DNA from: Eledone cirrhosa
Taxonomy: Eukaryota
Assembly (NCBI GenBank): GCA_964016885.1
Contig: OZ024740.1
Span: 7,378,001 to 7,442,000 of the forward strand
Reading direction: 5' to 3'
DNA: 64,000 nucleotides
The position numbers and the translations under genes are program-made. Shown in pieces: positions 14,851-28,850 of the stretch. Below the pieces are notes generated by a model, which did not search any database, had not been told where the DNA came from, and saw only the letters and a list, made by a program, of their open reading frames with translations. How positions within the stretch are numbered: the stretch's first letter is position 1; the number at the start of each line of letters is the position of its first letter.

Positions 14851-17800
14851 TGGTATATCAGTTTCGATTGGTATATCAGTTTCGATTGGTATGTCAGTGT
14901 TGATTGGTATATCAGTTTCTATTGGTATGTCAGGTTCGATTAGTATGTCAATTTCTATTGGTATATCAGTTTCGATTGGTATGTCAGTTTCGATTGGTAT
15001 GTCAGTTTTGATTTTTATATCAGTTACAATTGGTATGTCAGTTTCGATTGGTATGTCAGTTTCTATTGGTATATCAGTTTCCATTGATATATCAGTTTCG
15101 ATTAGTATGTCAGTTTCTAATGGTATGTCAGTTTTGATTAGTATATCAGTTTCTATTGGTATGTCAGTTTCGATTGGTATGTCAGTTTCTATTGGTATAT
15201 CAATTTCGATTGGTATATCAGTTTCGATTGGTATATCAGTTTCGATTGGTATGTCAGTTTCTATTGGTATATCAGTTTCTATTGGTATATCAGTTTCGAT
15301 TGGTATATCAGTTTCGATTGGTATATCAGTTTCGATTAGTATATCAGTTTCTATTGGACTGTCAGTTTCTATTGATATATCAGTTTCGTTTGGTATATCA
15401 GTTTCTATTGGTATGTCAGTTTCGATTGGTATGTCAGTTTCTATTGGTATATCAGTTTCGATTGATATATCAGTTTCGATTAGTATGTCAGTTTCTAACG
15501 GTATGTCAGTTTTGATTAGTATATCAGTTTCTATTGGTATATCAGTTTCTATTGGTATGTCAGTTGCGATAGGTACGTCAGTTCGGATTGGTATGTCAAT
15601 TTCAATTGGTATATCAGTTTCGATTAGTATGTCAGTTTCTATTGGTATATCAGTTTCGATTGGTATATCTGTTTCGATTGGTATGTAAGTTTCGATTGGT
15701 ATATCAGTTTCGATTGGTATGTCAGTTTCGATTAGTACATCAGTTACTATTGGTATGTGAGTTTCTATTGGTATATCAGTTTCGATTGGTATATCAGTTT
15801 CGATTAGTATGTCAGTTTCTATTGGTATGTCAGTTTCGATTAGTATATCAGTTTCTATTGGTATGTCAGTTTCGATTGGTATGTCAGTTTAGATTGGTAT
15901 ATCAGTTACTATTGGTATGACAGTTTCGATTGGTATATCAGTTTCGATTGGTATGTCAGTTTGGATTGGCATGTCAGTTTCGATTGGTATGTCAGTTTCG
16001 ATTGGTATGTCAGTTTCGATTGGTATATCAATTTCGATTGGTATATCAGTTTCGATTGATATGTCAGTTTCGATTGGTATATCAGTTTCGATTAGTATGT
16101 CAGTTTCTATTGGTATGTCAGTTTCGATTAGTATATCAGTTTCTACTGGTATGTCAGTTTTGATTGGTATAGCAGTTTCTATTCGTATGTCAGTTTCGAT
16201 TGGTATGTCAGTTTCTATTGTTATATCAGTTTCGATTGGTATGTCAGTTTCTATTGGTATGTCAGTTTCGATTATTATATCAGTTACTATTGGTATGTCA
16301 GTTTTGATTGGTATGTCAGTTTCTATTAGTATATCAGTTTCGATTGGTATATCATTTCGATTGGTATGTCAGTTTCCATTGGTATGTCAATTTCGATTGG
16401 TATATCAGTTTCGATTAGTATGTCAGTTTCGATTAGTATATCACTTTCTATTGGTATGTCAGTTTCGATTGGTATATCAGTTTCTATTGGTATATCAGTT
16501 TCTATTGGTATGTCAGTTTTGATTGGTATATCAGTTTCTATTGGTATGTCAGTTTCGATTGGTATGTCAGTATCTATTGTTATATCAGTTTAGATTGGTA
16601 TGTTAGTTTCTATTGGTATGTCAGTTTCGATTGGTATATCAGTTTCTATTGGTATATCAGTTTCTATTGGTATGTCAATTTCGAATGGTTTATTAGTTTC
16701 GATTAGTATGTCAGTTTCTATTGGTATATCAGTTTCGATTGGTATATCTGTTTCGATTGCTATGTCAGTTTCGATTGGTATGTCAGTTTAGATTGGTATA
16801 TCAGTTTCTATTGGTATGACAGTTTCGAAGGGGTATATCAGATTCGTTTGGTTTATCAGTTTCGATCGGTATGTCAGTTTCGATTAGTATATCAGTTTCT
16901 ATTGGACTGTCAGTTTCTATTGATATATCAGTTTCGATTAGTATGTCAGTTTCTAATGGTATGTCAGTTTTAATTAGTATATCAGTTTCTATTGGTATGT
17001 CAGTTTCGATTGGTACGTCAGTTGCGATTGGTACGTCAGTTTGGATTGGTATGTCAATTTCAATTGGTATATCAGTTTCGATTAGTATGTCAGTTTCTAT
17101 TGGTATATCATTTTCGATTGGTATATCTGTTTCGATTGGTATGTCAGTTTCGATTGGTATATCAGTTTCGATTAGTATGTCAGTTTCTATTGGTATGTCA
17201 GTTTCGATTGGTTTGTCAGTTTAGATTGGTATATCAGTTTCTATTGGTATGACAGTTTTGATTGGTATATCAGTTTCGATTGGTATGTCAGTTTCGATTG
17301 GTATGTCAAATTCGATTGGTATATCAGTTTCGATTGGTATATCAGTTTCGATTGATATGTCAGTTTTGATTGGTATATCAGTTTCGATTGGTATCTCAGT
17401 TTTGATTAGTATATTAGTTTCTATTGGTATGTCGGTTTCTATTGGTATTTCAGTTTCGATTGGTATATCAGTTTCGATTAGCATGTCAGTTTCTATTGGT
17501 ACGTCAGTTTTGATTAGTATATCAGTTTCTATTGGTATGTCAGTTTCGATTGGTATGTCAGTTTCTATTGGTATATCAGTTTCGATTGGTATATCAGTTT
17601 CGATTGGTATGTCAGTTTCTATTGGTATATCAGTTTCTATTGCTATGTCAGTTGCGATTGGTACATCAGTTTGGATTGGTATGTCAATTTCAATTGGTAT
17701 ATCAGTTTCGATTAGTATGTCAGTTTTGATTGGTATGTCAGTTTCGATTGGTATATCAGTTTCGATTGGTATGTCAGTTTCGATTAGTATATCAGTTACT

Positions 17801-20800
17801 ATTGGTATGTGAGTTTCTATTGGTATATCAGTTTCGATTGGTATACCAGTTTCGATTAGTATGTCAGTTTCTATTGGTATGTCAGTTTCGATTAGTATAT
17901 CAGTTTCTATTGGTATGTCAGTCTCGATTGGTATATCAGTTTAGATTGGTATATCAGTTTCTATTGGTATGACAGTTTCGATTGGTATATCAGTGTCGAT
18001 TGGTATGTCAGTTTGGATTGGCATGTCAGTTTCGATTGGTATGTCAGTTTCGATTGGTATGTCAGTTTCGATTGGCATGTCAATTTCGATTGGTATATCA
18101 GTTTCGATTGGTATATCAGTTTCGATTGATATGTCAGTTTCGATTGGTATATCAGTTTCGATTGGTATATCAGTTTCGATTGATATGTCAGTTTCGATTC
18201 GTATATCAGTTTCGATTGGTATGTCAGTTTCTATTGGTATGTCAGTTTCGATTATTATATCAGTTACTATTGGTATGTCAGTTTTGATTGGTATGTCAGT
18301 TTCGATTAGTATATCAGTTTCTATAGGTATGTCAGTTTCTATTAGTATATCAGTTTCGATTGGTATATCGTTTCGATTGGTATGTCAGTTTCGATTGGTA
18401 TGTCAATTTCGATTGGTATATCAGTTTCGATTAGTATGTCAGTTACAATTGGTATATCAGTTTCGATTGGTATATCTGGTTCGATTGGTATGTCAGTTTC
18501 GATTGTTATATCAGTTTTGATTAGTATGTCAGTTTCGATTAGTATATAACTTTCTATTGGTATGTCAGTTTCGATTGGTATATCAGTTTCTATTGGTATA
18601 TCAGCTTCTATTGTTATGTCAGTTTCGATTGGTATATCAGTTTCGATTGGTATATCTGTTTCGATTGCTATGTCAGTTTCGATTGGTATGTTAGTTTAGA
18701 TTGGTATATCAGTTTCTATTGGTATGACAGTTTCGAAGGTGTATATCAGTTTCGTTTGGTATGTCAGTTTCGATCGGTATGTCGGTTTCGATTGGTATGT
18801 CAGTTTCGATTGGTATGTCAATTTCTATTAGCATGTCAGTTTCAATTGGTATATCAGTTTCTATTGGTATGTCAGTTTCGATAAGTATGTCCGTTTCTAT
18901 TGGTATAACAGTTTCGATTGGTATGTCAGTTTCGATTGGTATGTCAGTTTATATTGGTACATCAGTTTCTATTGGTATGACAGTTTCGATTGGTATATCA
19001 GTTTCGATTGGTATGTCAGTTTGGATTGGTATGTCAGTTTGGATTGGTATGTCAATTTCGATTGGAATATCAGTTTTGATTAGTATGTCAGTTTCGATTG
19101 GTATATCAGTTTCGATTGGTATATCAGTTTCGATTGGTATATCAGTTTCGATTGGTATATCAGTTTCGATTGGTATGTCAGTTTCGATTAGTATATCAGT
19201 TTCTATTGGTATGTCAGTTTCTATTCGTATATCAGTTTCGATTGGTATATCAGTTTCGATTAGTATGTCAGTTTCTATTGGAATATCAGTTTCGATTGGT
19301 ATATCAGTTTCGATTGGTATATCAGTTTCGATTGGTATGTCAGTTTCGATTAGTATATCAGTTTCTATTGGTATGTCAGTTACTATTGGTATATCAGTTT
19401 CGATTGGTATATCAGTTTCGATTAGTACGTCAGTTTCTATTGGAATGTCAGTTTCGATTAGTATATCAGTTTCTATTGGTATGTAAGTTTCGATTGGTAT
19501 GTCAGATTCTATTGGTATATCAGTTTCGATTGGTATATCAGTTTCGATTGGTATATCAGTTTCGATTGGTATATCAGTTTCTATTGGTATGTCAGTTTTG
19601 ATTGGTATATCAGTTTCTATTGGTATGTCAGGTTCGATTAGTATGTCAATTTCTATTGGTATATCAGTCTCGATTGGTATGTCAGTTTCTATTGGTATGT
19701 CAGGTTTGATTTTTATATCAGTTACAATTGGTATGTCAGTTTCGATTGGTATGTCAGTTTCTATTGGTATATGTGTTTCGATTGGTATGTCAGTTTCGAT
19801 TAGTATATCAGTTTCTATTGAACTTTCAGTTTCTATTGATATATGAGTTTCGTTTGGTATATCAGTTTCTATTGGTATGTCATTTTCGATTGGTATGTCA
19901 GTTTCTCTTGGTATATCAGTTTCAATTGATATATCAGTTTTGATTAGTATATCAGTTTCTATTGGTATGCCAGTTTCGATTGGTATGTCAGTTTCTATTG
20001 GTATATCAGTTTCGATTGGTATATCAGTTTCGATTGGTAAATCAGTTTCGATTGGTATGTCAGTTTCTATTGGTATATCAGTTTCTATTGGTATGTCAGT
20101 TGCGATTGGTACGTCAGTTCGGATTGGTATGTCAATTTCAATTGGTATATCAGTTTCGATTAGTATGTCAGTTTCTATTGGTATATCAGTTTCGATTGGT
20201 AAATCAGTTTCGATTGGTATGTCAGTTTCGATTGTTATATCAGTTTCGATTAGTATGTCAGTTTCTATTGGTATGTCAGTTTCGATTAGTATATCAGTTT
20301 CTATTGGTATGTCAGTTTCGATTGGTATATCAGTTTCGATTGGTATGTCAGTTTGGATTGGCATGTCAGTTTTGATTGGTATCTCAGTTTTGATTAGTAT
20401 ATTAGTTTCTATTGGTATGTCGGTTTCTATTGGTATTTCAGTTTAGATTGTTATATCAGTTTCGATTAGTATGTCAGTTTCTATTGGTATATCAGTTTCG
20501 ATTAGTATATCAGTTTCTACTGGTATGTCAGTTTTGATTGGTATAGCAGTTTCTATTCGTATGTCAGTTTTGATTGGTATGTCAGTTTCTATTGTTATAT
20601 CAGTTTCGATTGGTATGTCAGTTTCTATTGGTATGTCAGTTTCGATTATTATATCAGTTACTATTGGTATGTCAGTTTTGATTGCTATGTCAGTTTCTAT
20701 TAGTATATCAGTTTCAATTGGTATATCATTTGATTGGTATGTCAGTTTCCATTGGTATGTCAATTTCGATTGGTATATCAGTTTCGATTAGTATGTCAGT

Positions 20801-23800
20801 TACTATTGGAATATCAGTTTCGATTGGTATATCTGTGTCGATTGGTATGTCAGTTTCTATTGTTATATCAGTTTCGATTAGTACGTCAGTTTCGATTAGT
20901 ATATCACTTTCTATTGGTATGTCAGTTTCGATTGGTATATCAGTTTCTATTGGTATGTCAGTTTTGATTGGTATATCAGTTTCTATTGGTATGTCAGTTT
21001 CGATTGGTATGTCAGTATCTATTGGTATATCAGTTTAGATTGGTATGTTAGTTTCTATTGGTATGTCAGTTTAGATTGGTATATCAGTTTCTATTGGTAT
21101 ATCAGTTTCTATTGGTATGTCAATTTCGAATGGTATATTAGTTTCGATTTGTATGTCAGTTTCTATTGGTATATCAGTTTCGATTGGTATATCTGTTTCG
21201 ATTGCTATGTCAGTTTCGATTGGTATGTCTGTTTAGATTGGTATATCAATTTCTATTGGTATGACAGTTTCGAAAGGGTATATCAGATTCGTTTGGTATG
21301 TCAGTTTCGATCGGTATGTCAGTTTCGATTAGTATGTCAATTTCGATTAGCATGTCAGTTTCTATTGGTATATCAGTTTCTATTGGTATGTCAGTTTCGA
21401 TAGGTATATCAGTTTCGATTGGTATATCAGTTTCGATTGGTATGTCAGTTTCTATTGGTATGTCAGTTTTGATTTTTATATCAGTTACAATTGGTATGTA
21501 AGTTTCGATTGGTATGTCAGTTTCTATTGGTATATGTGTTTCGATTGGTATGTCAGTTTCGATTAGTATATCAGTTTCTATTGGACTGTCAGTTTCTATT
21601 GATATATCAGTTTCGTTTGGTATATCAGTTTCTATTGTTATGTCAGTTTCGATTGATATATCAGTTTCGATTAGTATGTCAGTTTCTAATGGTATGTCAG
21701 TTTTGATTAGTATATCAGTTTCTATTGGTATATCAGTTTCGATTGGTATGTCAGTTTGTATTGGTATGTCAATTTCAATTGGTATATCAGTTTCGATTAG
21801 TATGTCAGTTTCTATTGGTATATCAGTTTCGATTGGTATATCTGTTTCGATTGGTATGTCAGTTTCGATTGGTATATCAGTTTCGATTAGTATGTCAGTT
21901 TCTATTGGTATGTCAGTTTCGATTGGTTTGTCAGTTTAGATTGGTATATCAGTTTCTATTGGTATGACAGTTTCGATTGGTATATCAGTTTCGATTGGTA
22001 TGTCAGTTTGGATTGGCATGTCAGTTTCGATTGGTATTTCAGTTTCAATTGGTATGTCAGTTTCGATTGGTATGTCAAATTCGATTGGTATATCAGTTTC
22101 GATTGATATGTCAGTTTCGATTGGTATATCAGTCTCGATTGGTATGTCAGTTTTGATTAGTATATTAGTTTCTATTGGTATGTCGGTTTCTAATGGTATT
22201 TCAGTTTCGATTGTTATATCAGTTTCTATTGGTATATCAGTTTCGATTAGTATGTCAGTTTCTACTGGAATATCAGTTTCGATTGTTATATCAGTTTCGA
22301 TTGGTATATCAGTTTCGATTGGTATGTCAGTTTCTATTGGTATATCAGTTTCTATTGGTATGTCAGTTTCGATTGGTATGTCAGTTTCGATTGGTATGTC
22401 AATTTCGATTGGTATATCAGTTTCGATTAGTATGTCAGTTACTATTGGTATATCAGTTTCGATTGGTACATCTGTTTCGATTGGTATGTCAGTTTCTATT
22501 GTTATATCAGTTTCGATTAGTATGTCAGTTTCGATTGGTATATCAGTTTCTATTGGTATATCAGTTTCTATTGGTATGTCAGTTTTGATTGGTATATCAG
22601 TTTCTATTGGTATGTCAGTTTCGATTGGTATGTCAGTTTCGATTAGTATATCAGTTTCTATTGGTTTGTGAGTTTCGATTCGTATATCAGTTTCTATTGG
22701 TATATCAGTTTCTATTGTTATGTCAATTTCGAATGGTATATTAGTTTCGATTAGTATGTCAGTTTCTATTGGTATGTAAATTTATATTGGTACATCAGTT
22801 TCTATTGGTATGACAGTTTCGATTGGTATATCAGTTTTGATTGGTATGTCAGCTTGGATTGGTATGTCAGTTTGGATTGGTATGTCAGTTTCGATTGTTA
22901 TGTCAATTTCGATTGGTATATCAGTTTTGATTAGTATGTCAGTTTCTATTGGTATGTCAGTTTTGATTGGTATGTCAGATTCTATTGGTATATCAGTTTC
23001 GATTGGTATATCAGTTTCGATTGGTATATCAGTTTCGATTTGTATATCAGTTTCTATTGGTATATCAGTTTCTATTGATATGTCAGTTTCAATCGGTATG
23101 TCAGTTTCGATTGGTATATCAGTTTTTATTGGTATGTCAGTTTCGATTGGTATGTCAGTTTCGATTAGTATGTTAGTTTCTATTGGTATATCAGTTTCGA
23201 TTGGTATATCAGTTTCTATTAGTATATCAGTTTCTATTGGTATATCAGTTTCGACTGGTATATCAGTTGCCTTGGTATATCAGTTACTATTGGTATGCCA
23301 GTTTCGATAGGTATGTCAGTTTCGATTGGTATGTCAGTTTCTTTTGGTATGTCAGTTTCGATTATTATATCAGTTACTATTGGTATGTCAGTTTGGATTG
23401 GTATGTCAGTTTGGATTGGTATGTCAGTTTGGATTGGTATGTCAGTTTCGATTGTTATATCAGTTTTGATTAGTATGTCAGTTTCTTTTGGTATATCAGT
23501 TTCTATTGGTATGTCAGTTTCGATTAGTATGTCAATTTCTATTGGTATATCAGTTTCGATTGGTATGTCAGTTTCTATTGGTATGTCAGTTTTGATTTTT
23601 ATATCAGTTACAATTGGTATGTCAGTTTCGATTGGTATGTCAGTTTCTATTGTTATATGTGTTTCGATTGGTATGTCAGTTTCGATTAGTATATCAGTTT
23701 CTATTGGACTGTCAGTTTCTATTGATATATCAGTTTCGTTTGGTATATCAGTTTCTATTGGTATGTCAGTTTCGATTGGTAAGTCATATTCTATTGGTAT

Positions 23801-24749
23801 ATCAGTTTCGATTGATATATCAGTTTCGATTAGTATGTCAGTTTCTAATGGTATGTCAGTTTTGATTAGTATATCAGTTTCTATTGGTATGTCAGTCTCG
23901 ATTGGTATGTCAGTTTTGATTAGTATATTAGTTTCTATTGGTATGTCGGTTTCTATTGGTATTTCAGTTTCGATTGGTATATCAGTTTCCATTGGTATAT
24001 CAGTTTCGATTAGTATGTCAGTTTCTATTGGAATATCAGTTTCGATTGTTATATCAGTTTCGATTGGTATATCAGTTTCGATTGGTATGTCAGTTTCTAT
24101 TGGTATATCAGTTTCTATTGGTATGTCAGTTTCGATTGGTATGACAGTTTTGATTGGTATGTCAATTTCGATTGGTATATCAGTTTCGATTAGTATGTCA
24201 GTTACTATTGGTATATCAGTTTCGATTGGTACATCTGTTTCGATTGGTATGTCAGTTTCTATCGTTATATCAGTTTCGATTAGTATGTCAGTTTCGATTA
24301 GTATATCACTTTCTATTGGTATGTCAGTTTCGATTGGTATATCAGTTTCTATTGGTATATCAGTTTCTATTGGTATGTCAGTTTTGATTGGTATATCAGT
24401 TTCTATTGGTATGTCAGTTTCGATTTGTATGTCAGTTTCTATTGGTATATCAGTTTCGATTGGTATGTTAGTTTCTATTGGTATGTCAGTTTCGATTAGT
24501 ATATCAGTTTCTATTGGTTTGTGAGTTTCGATTCGTATATCAGTTTCTATTGGTATATCAGTTTCTATTGTTATGTCAATTTCGAATGGTATATTAGTTT
24601 CGATTCGTATATCAGTTTCTATTGGTATATCAGTTTCTATTGTTATGTCAATTTCGAATGGTATATTAGTTTTGATTAGTATGTCAGTTTCTATTGCTAT
24701 GTCAGTTTCGATTAGTATATCAGTTTCTATTGGTATGTCAGTTTCGATT

Positions 24750-27700
24750 GGTATGTCACTTTAGATTGGTATATCAGTTTCTATTGGTATGACAGTTTCG
24801 ATTGGTATATCAGTTTTGATTGGTATGTCAGTTTGGATTGGCATGTCAGTTTCGATTGGTATGTCAGTTTCGATTGGTATGTCAGTTTCGATTGATATGT
24901 CAGTTTCGATTGGTATATCAGTTTCGATTGGTATCTCAGTTTTGATTAGTATATTAGTTTCTATTGGTATGTCGGTTTCTATTGGTATTACAGTTTCGAT
25001 TGGTATATCAGTTTCGATTAGTATGTCAGTTTCTATTGGTACGCCAGTTTTGATTAGTATATCAGTTTATATTGGTATGTCAGTTTCGATTGGTATGTCA
25101 GTTTCTATTGGTATATCAGTTTCGATTGTTATATCAGTTTCGATTGGTATGTCAGTTTCTATTGGTATATCAGTTTCTATTGGTATGTCAGTTGCGATTG
25201 GTACGTCAGTTTGGATTGGTATGTCAATTTCAATTGGTATATCAGTTTCGATTAGTATGTCAGTTTCGATTGGTATGTCAGTTTCGATTGGTATATCAGT
25301 TTCGATTGGTATGTCAGTTTCGATTAGTATATCAGTTACTATTGGTATGTGAGTTTCTATTGGTATATCAGTTTCGATTGGTATATCAGTTTCGATTAGT
25401 ATGTCAGTTTCTATTGGTATGTCAGTTTCGATTAGTATATCAGTTTCTATTGGTATGTCAGTTTCGATTGGTATGTCAGTTTAGATTGGTATATCAGTTT
25501 CTATTGGTATGACAGTTTCGATTGGTATATCAGTTTCGATTGGTATGTCAGTTTGGATTGGCATGTCAGTTTCGATTGGTATGTCAGTTTCGATTGGTAT
25601 GTCAGTTTCGATTGGTATGTCAATTTCGATTGGTATATCAGTTTCGATTGGTATATCAGTTTCGATTGATATGTCAGTTTCGATTGGTATATCAGTTTCG
25701 ATTGGTTTATCAGTTTCGATTGATATGTCAGTTTCGATTGGTATATCAGTTTTGATTAGTATATTAGTTTCTATTGGTATGTCAGTTTTGATTGGTATAG
25801 CAGTTTCTATTCGTATGTCAGTTTCGATTGGTATGTCAGTTTCTATTGGTATATCAGTTTCGATGGGTATGTCAGTTTCTATTGGTATGTCAGTTTCGAT
25901 TATTATATCAGTTACTATTGGTATGTCAGTTTTGATTGGTATGTCAGTTACGATTAGTATATCAGTTTCTATTGGTTTGTGAGTTTCGATTCGTATATCA
26001 GTTTCTATTGGTATATCAGTTTCTATTGTTATGTCAATTTCGAATGGTATATTAGTTTCGATTAGTATGTCAGTTTCTATTGGTATGTCAATTTATATTG
26101 GTACATCAGTTTCTATTGGTATGACAGTTTCGATTGGTATATCAGTTTGGATTGGTATGTCAGCTTGGATTGGTATGTCAGTTTGGATTGGTATGTCAGT
26201 TTCGATTGTTATGTCAATTTCGATTGGTATATCAGTTTCTATTGGTATGTCAGTTTCAATCGGTATGTCAGTTTCGATTGGTATATCAGTTTCTATTGGT
26301 ATGTCAGTTTCGATTGGTATGTCAATTTCGATTAGTATGTTAGTTTCTATTGGTATATCAGTTTCGATTGGTATATCAGTTTCTATTAGTATATCAGTTT
26401 CTATTGGTATATCAGTTTCGACTGGTATGTCAGTTGCCATTGGTATATCAGTTACTATTGGTATGCCAGTTTCGATAGGTATGTCAGTTTCGATTGGTAT
26501 GTCAGTTTCTTTTGGTATGTCAGTTTCGATTATTATATCAGTTACTATTGGTATGTCAGTTTGGATTGGTATGTCAGTTTGGATTGGTATGTCAGTTTGG
26601 ATTGGTATGTCAGTTTCGATTGTTATATCAGTTTTGATTAGTATGTCAGTTTCTTTTGGTATATCAGTTTCGATTGGTATATCAGTTTTGATTGTTATGT
26701 CAATTTTCGATTGGTACAACAGTTTTGATTAGTATGTCAGTTTCTATTGGTATGTCAGTTTTGATTGGTATATCAGTTTCTATTGGTATGTCAGTTTCGA
26801 TTAGTATGTCAATTTCTATTGGTATATCAGTTTCAATTGGTATGTCAGTTTCTATTGGTATGTCAGTTTTGATTTTTATATCAGTTACAATTGGTATGTC
26901 AGTTTCGATTGGTATGTCAGTTTCTATCGTTATATGTGTTTCGATTGGTATGTCAGTTTCGATTAGTATATCAGTTTCTATTGGACTGTCAGTTTCTATT
27001 GATATATCAGTTTCGTTTGGTATATCAGTTTCTATTGGTATGTCAGTTTCGATTGGTAAGTCATATTCTATTGGTATATCAGTTTCGATTGATATATCAG
27101 TTTTGATTAGTATGTCAGTTTCTAATGGTATGTCAGTTTTGATTAGTATATCAGTTTCTATTGGTATGTCAGTTTCGATTGGTATGTCAGTTTCTATTGG
27201 TATATCAGTTTTGATTGGTATATCAGTTTCGATTGGTATATCAGTTTCGATTGGTATGTCAGTTTCTATTGGTATATCAGTTGCTATTGGTATGTCAGTT
27301 GCGATTGGTACGTCAGTTTGGAATGGTATGTCAATTTCAATTGGTATATCAGTTTCGATTAGTATGTCAGTTTCGATCAGTATGTCAGTTTCGATTGGTA
27401 TATCAGTTTCGATTGGTATGTCAGTTTCGATTAGTATATCAGTTACTATTGGTATGTGAGTTTCCATTGGTATATCAGTTTCGATTGGTATATCAGTTTC
27501 GATTAGTATGTCAGTTTCTATTGGTATGTCAGTTTCGATTAGTATATCAGTTTCTATTGGTATGTCAGTTTCGATTGGTATGTCAGTTTAGATTGGTATA
27601 TCAGTTTCTATTGGTATGACAGTTTCGATTGGTATATCAGTTTTGATTGGTATGTCAGTTTGGATTGGCATGTCAGTTTCGATTGGTATGTCAGTTTCGA

Positions 27701-28850
27701 TTGGTATGTCAGTTTCGATTGGTATGTTAATTTCGATTGGTATATCAGTTTCGATTGGTATATCAGTTTCGATTGATATGTCAGTTTCGATTGGTATATC
27801 AGTTTCGATTGGTATCTCAGTTTTGATTAGTATATTAGTTTCTATTGGTATGTCGGTTTCTATTGGTATTACAGTTTCGATTGGTATATCAGTTTCGATT
27901 AGTATGTCAGTTTCTATTGGTACGTCAGTTTTGATTAGTATATCAGTTTCTATTGGTATGTCAGTTTCGATTGGTATGTCAGTTTCTATTGGTATATCAG
28001 TTTCGATTGTTATATCAGTTTCGATTGGTATGTCAGTTTCTATTGGTATATCAGTTTCTATTGGTATGTCAGTTGCGATTGGTACGTCAGTTTGGATTGG
28101 TATGTCAATTTCAATTGGTATATCAGTTTCGATTAGTATGTCAGTTTCGATTGGTATGTCAGTTTCGATTGGTATATCAGTTTCGATTGGTATGTCAGTT
28201 TCGATTAGTATATCAGTTACTATTGGTATGTGAGTTTCTATTGGTATATCAGTTTCGATTGGTATATCAGTTTCGATTAGTATGTCAGTTTCTATTGGTA
28301 TGTCAGTTTCGATTAGTATATCAGTTTCTATTGGTATGTCAGTTTCGATTGGTATGTCAGTTTAGATTGGTATATCAGTTTCTATTGGTATGACAGTTTC
28401 GATTGGTATATCAGTTTCGATTGGTATGTCAGTTTGGATTGGCATGTCAGTTTCGATTGGTATGTCAGTTTCGATTGGTATGTCAGTTTCGATTGGTATG
28501 TCAATTTCGATTGGTATATCAGTTTCGATTGGTATATCAGTTTCGATTGATATGTCAGTTTCGATTGGTATATCAGTTTCGATTGGTTTATCAGTTTCGA
28601 TTGATATGTCAGTTTCGATTGGTATATCAGTTTTGATTAGTATATTAGTTTCTATTGGTATGTCAGTTTTGATTGGTATAGCAGTTTCTATTCGTATGTC
28701 AGTTTCGATTGGTATGTCAGTTTCTATTGGTATATCAGTTTCGATGGGTATGTCAGTTTCTATTGGTATGTCAGTTTCGATTATTATATCAGTTACTATT
28801 GGTATGTCAGTTTTGATTGGTATGTCAGTTACGATTAGTATATCAGTTTC
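24750..28850. repeat. Higher-order duplication within the satellite, offset 2881 bp
   Basis: Identical translations at 25072..25512 and 27953..28393, and at 25522..25755 and 28403..28636 (offset 2881). Boundaries approximate. Confidence 0.85.
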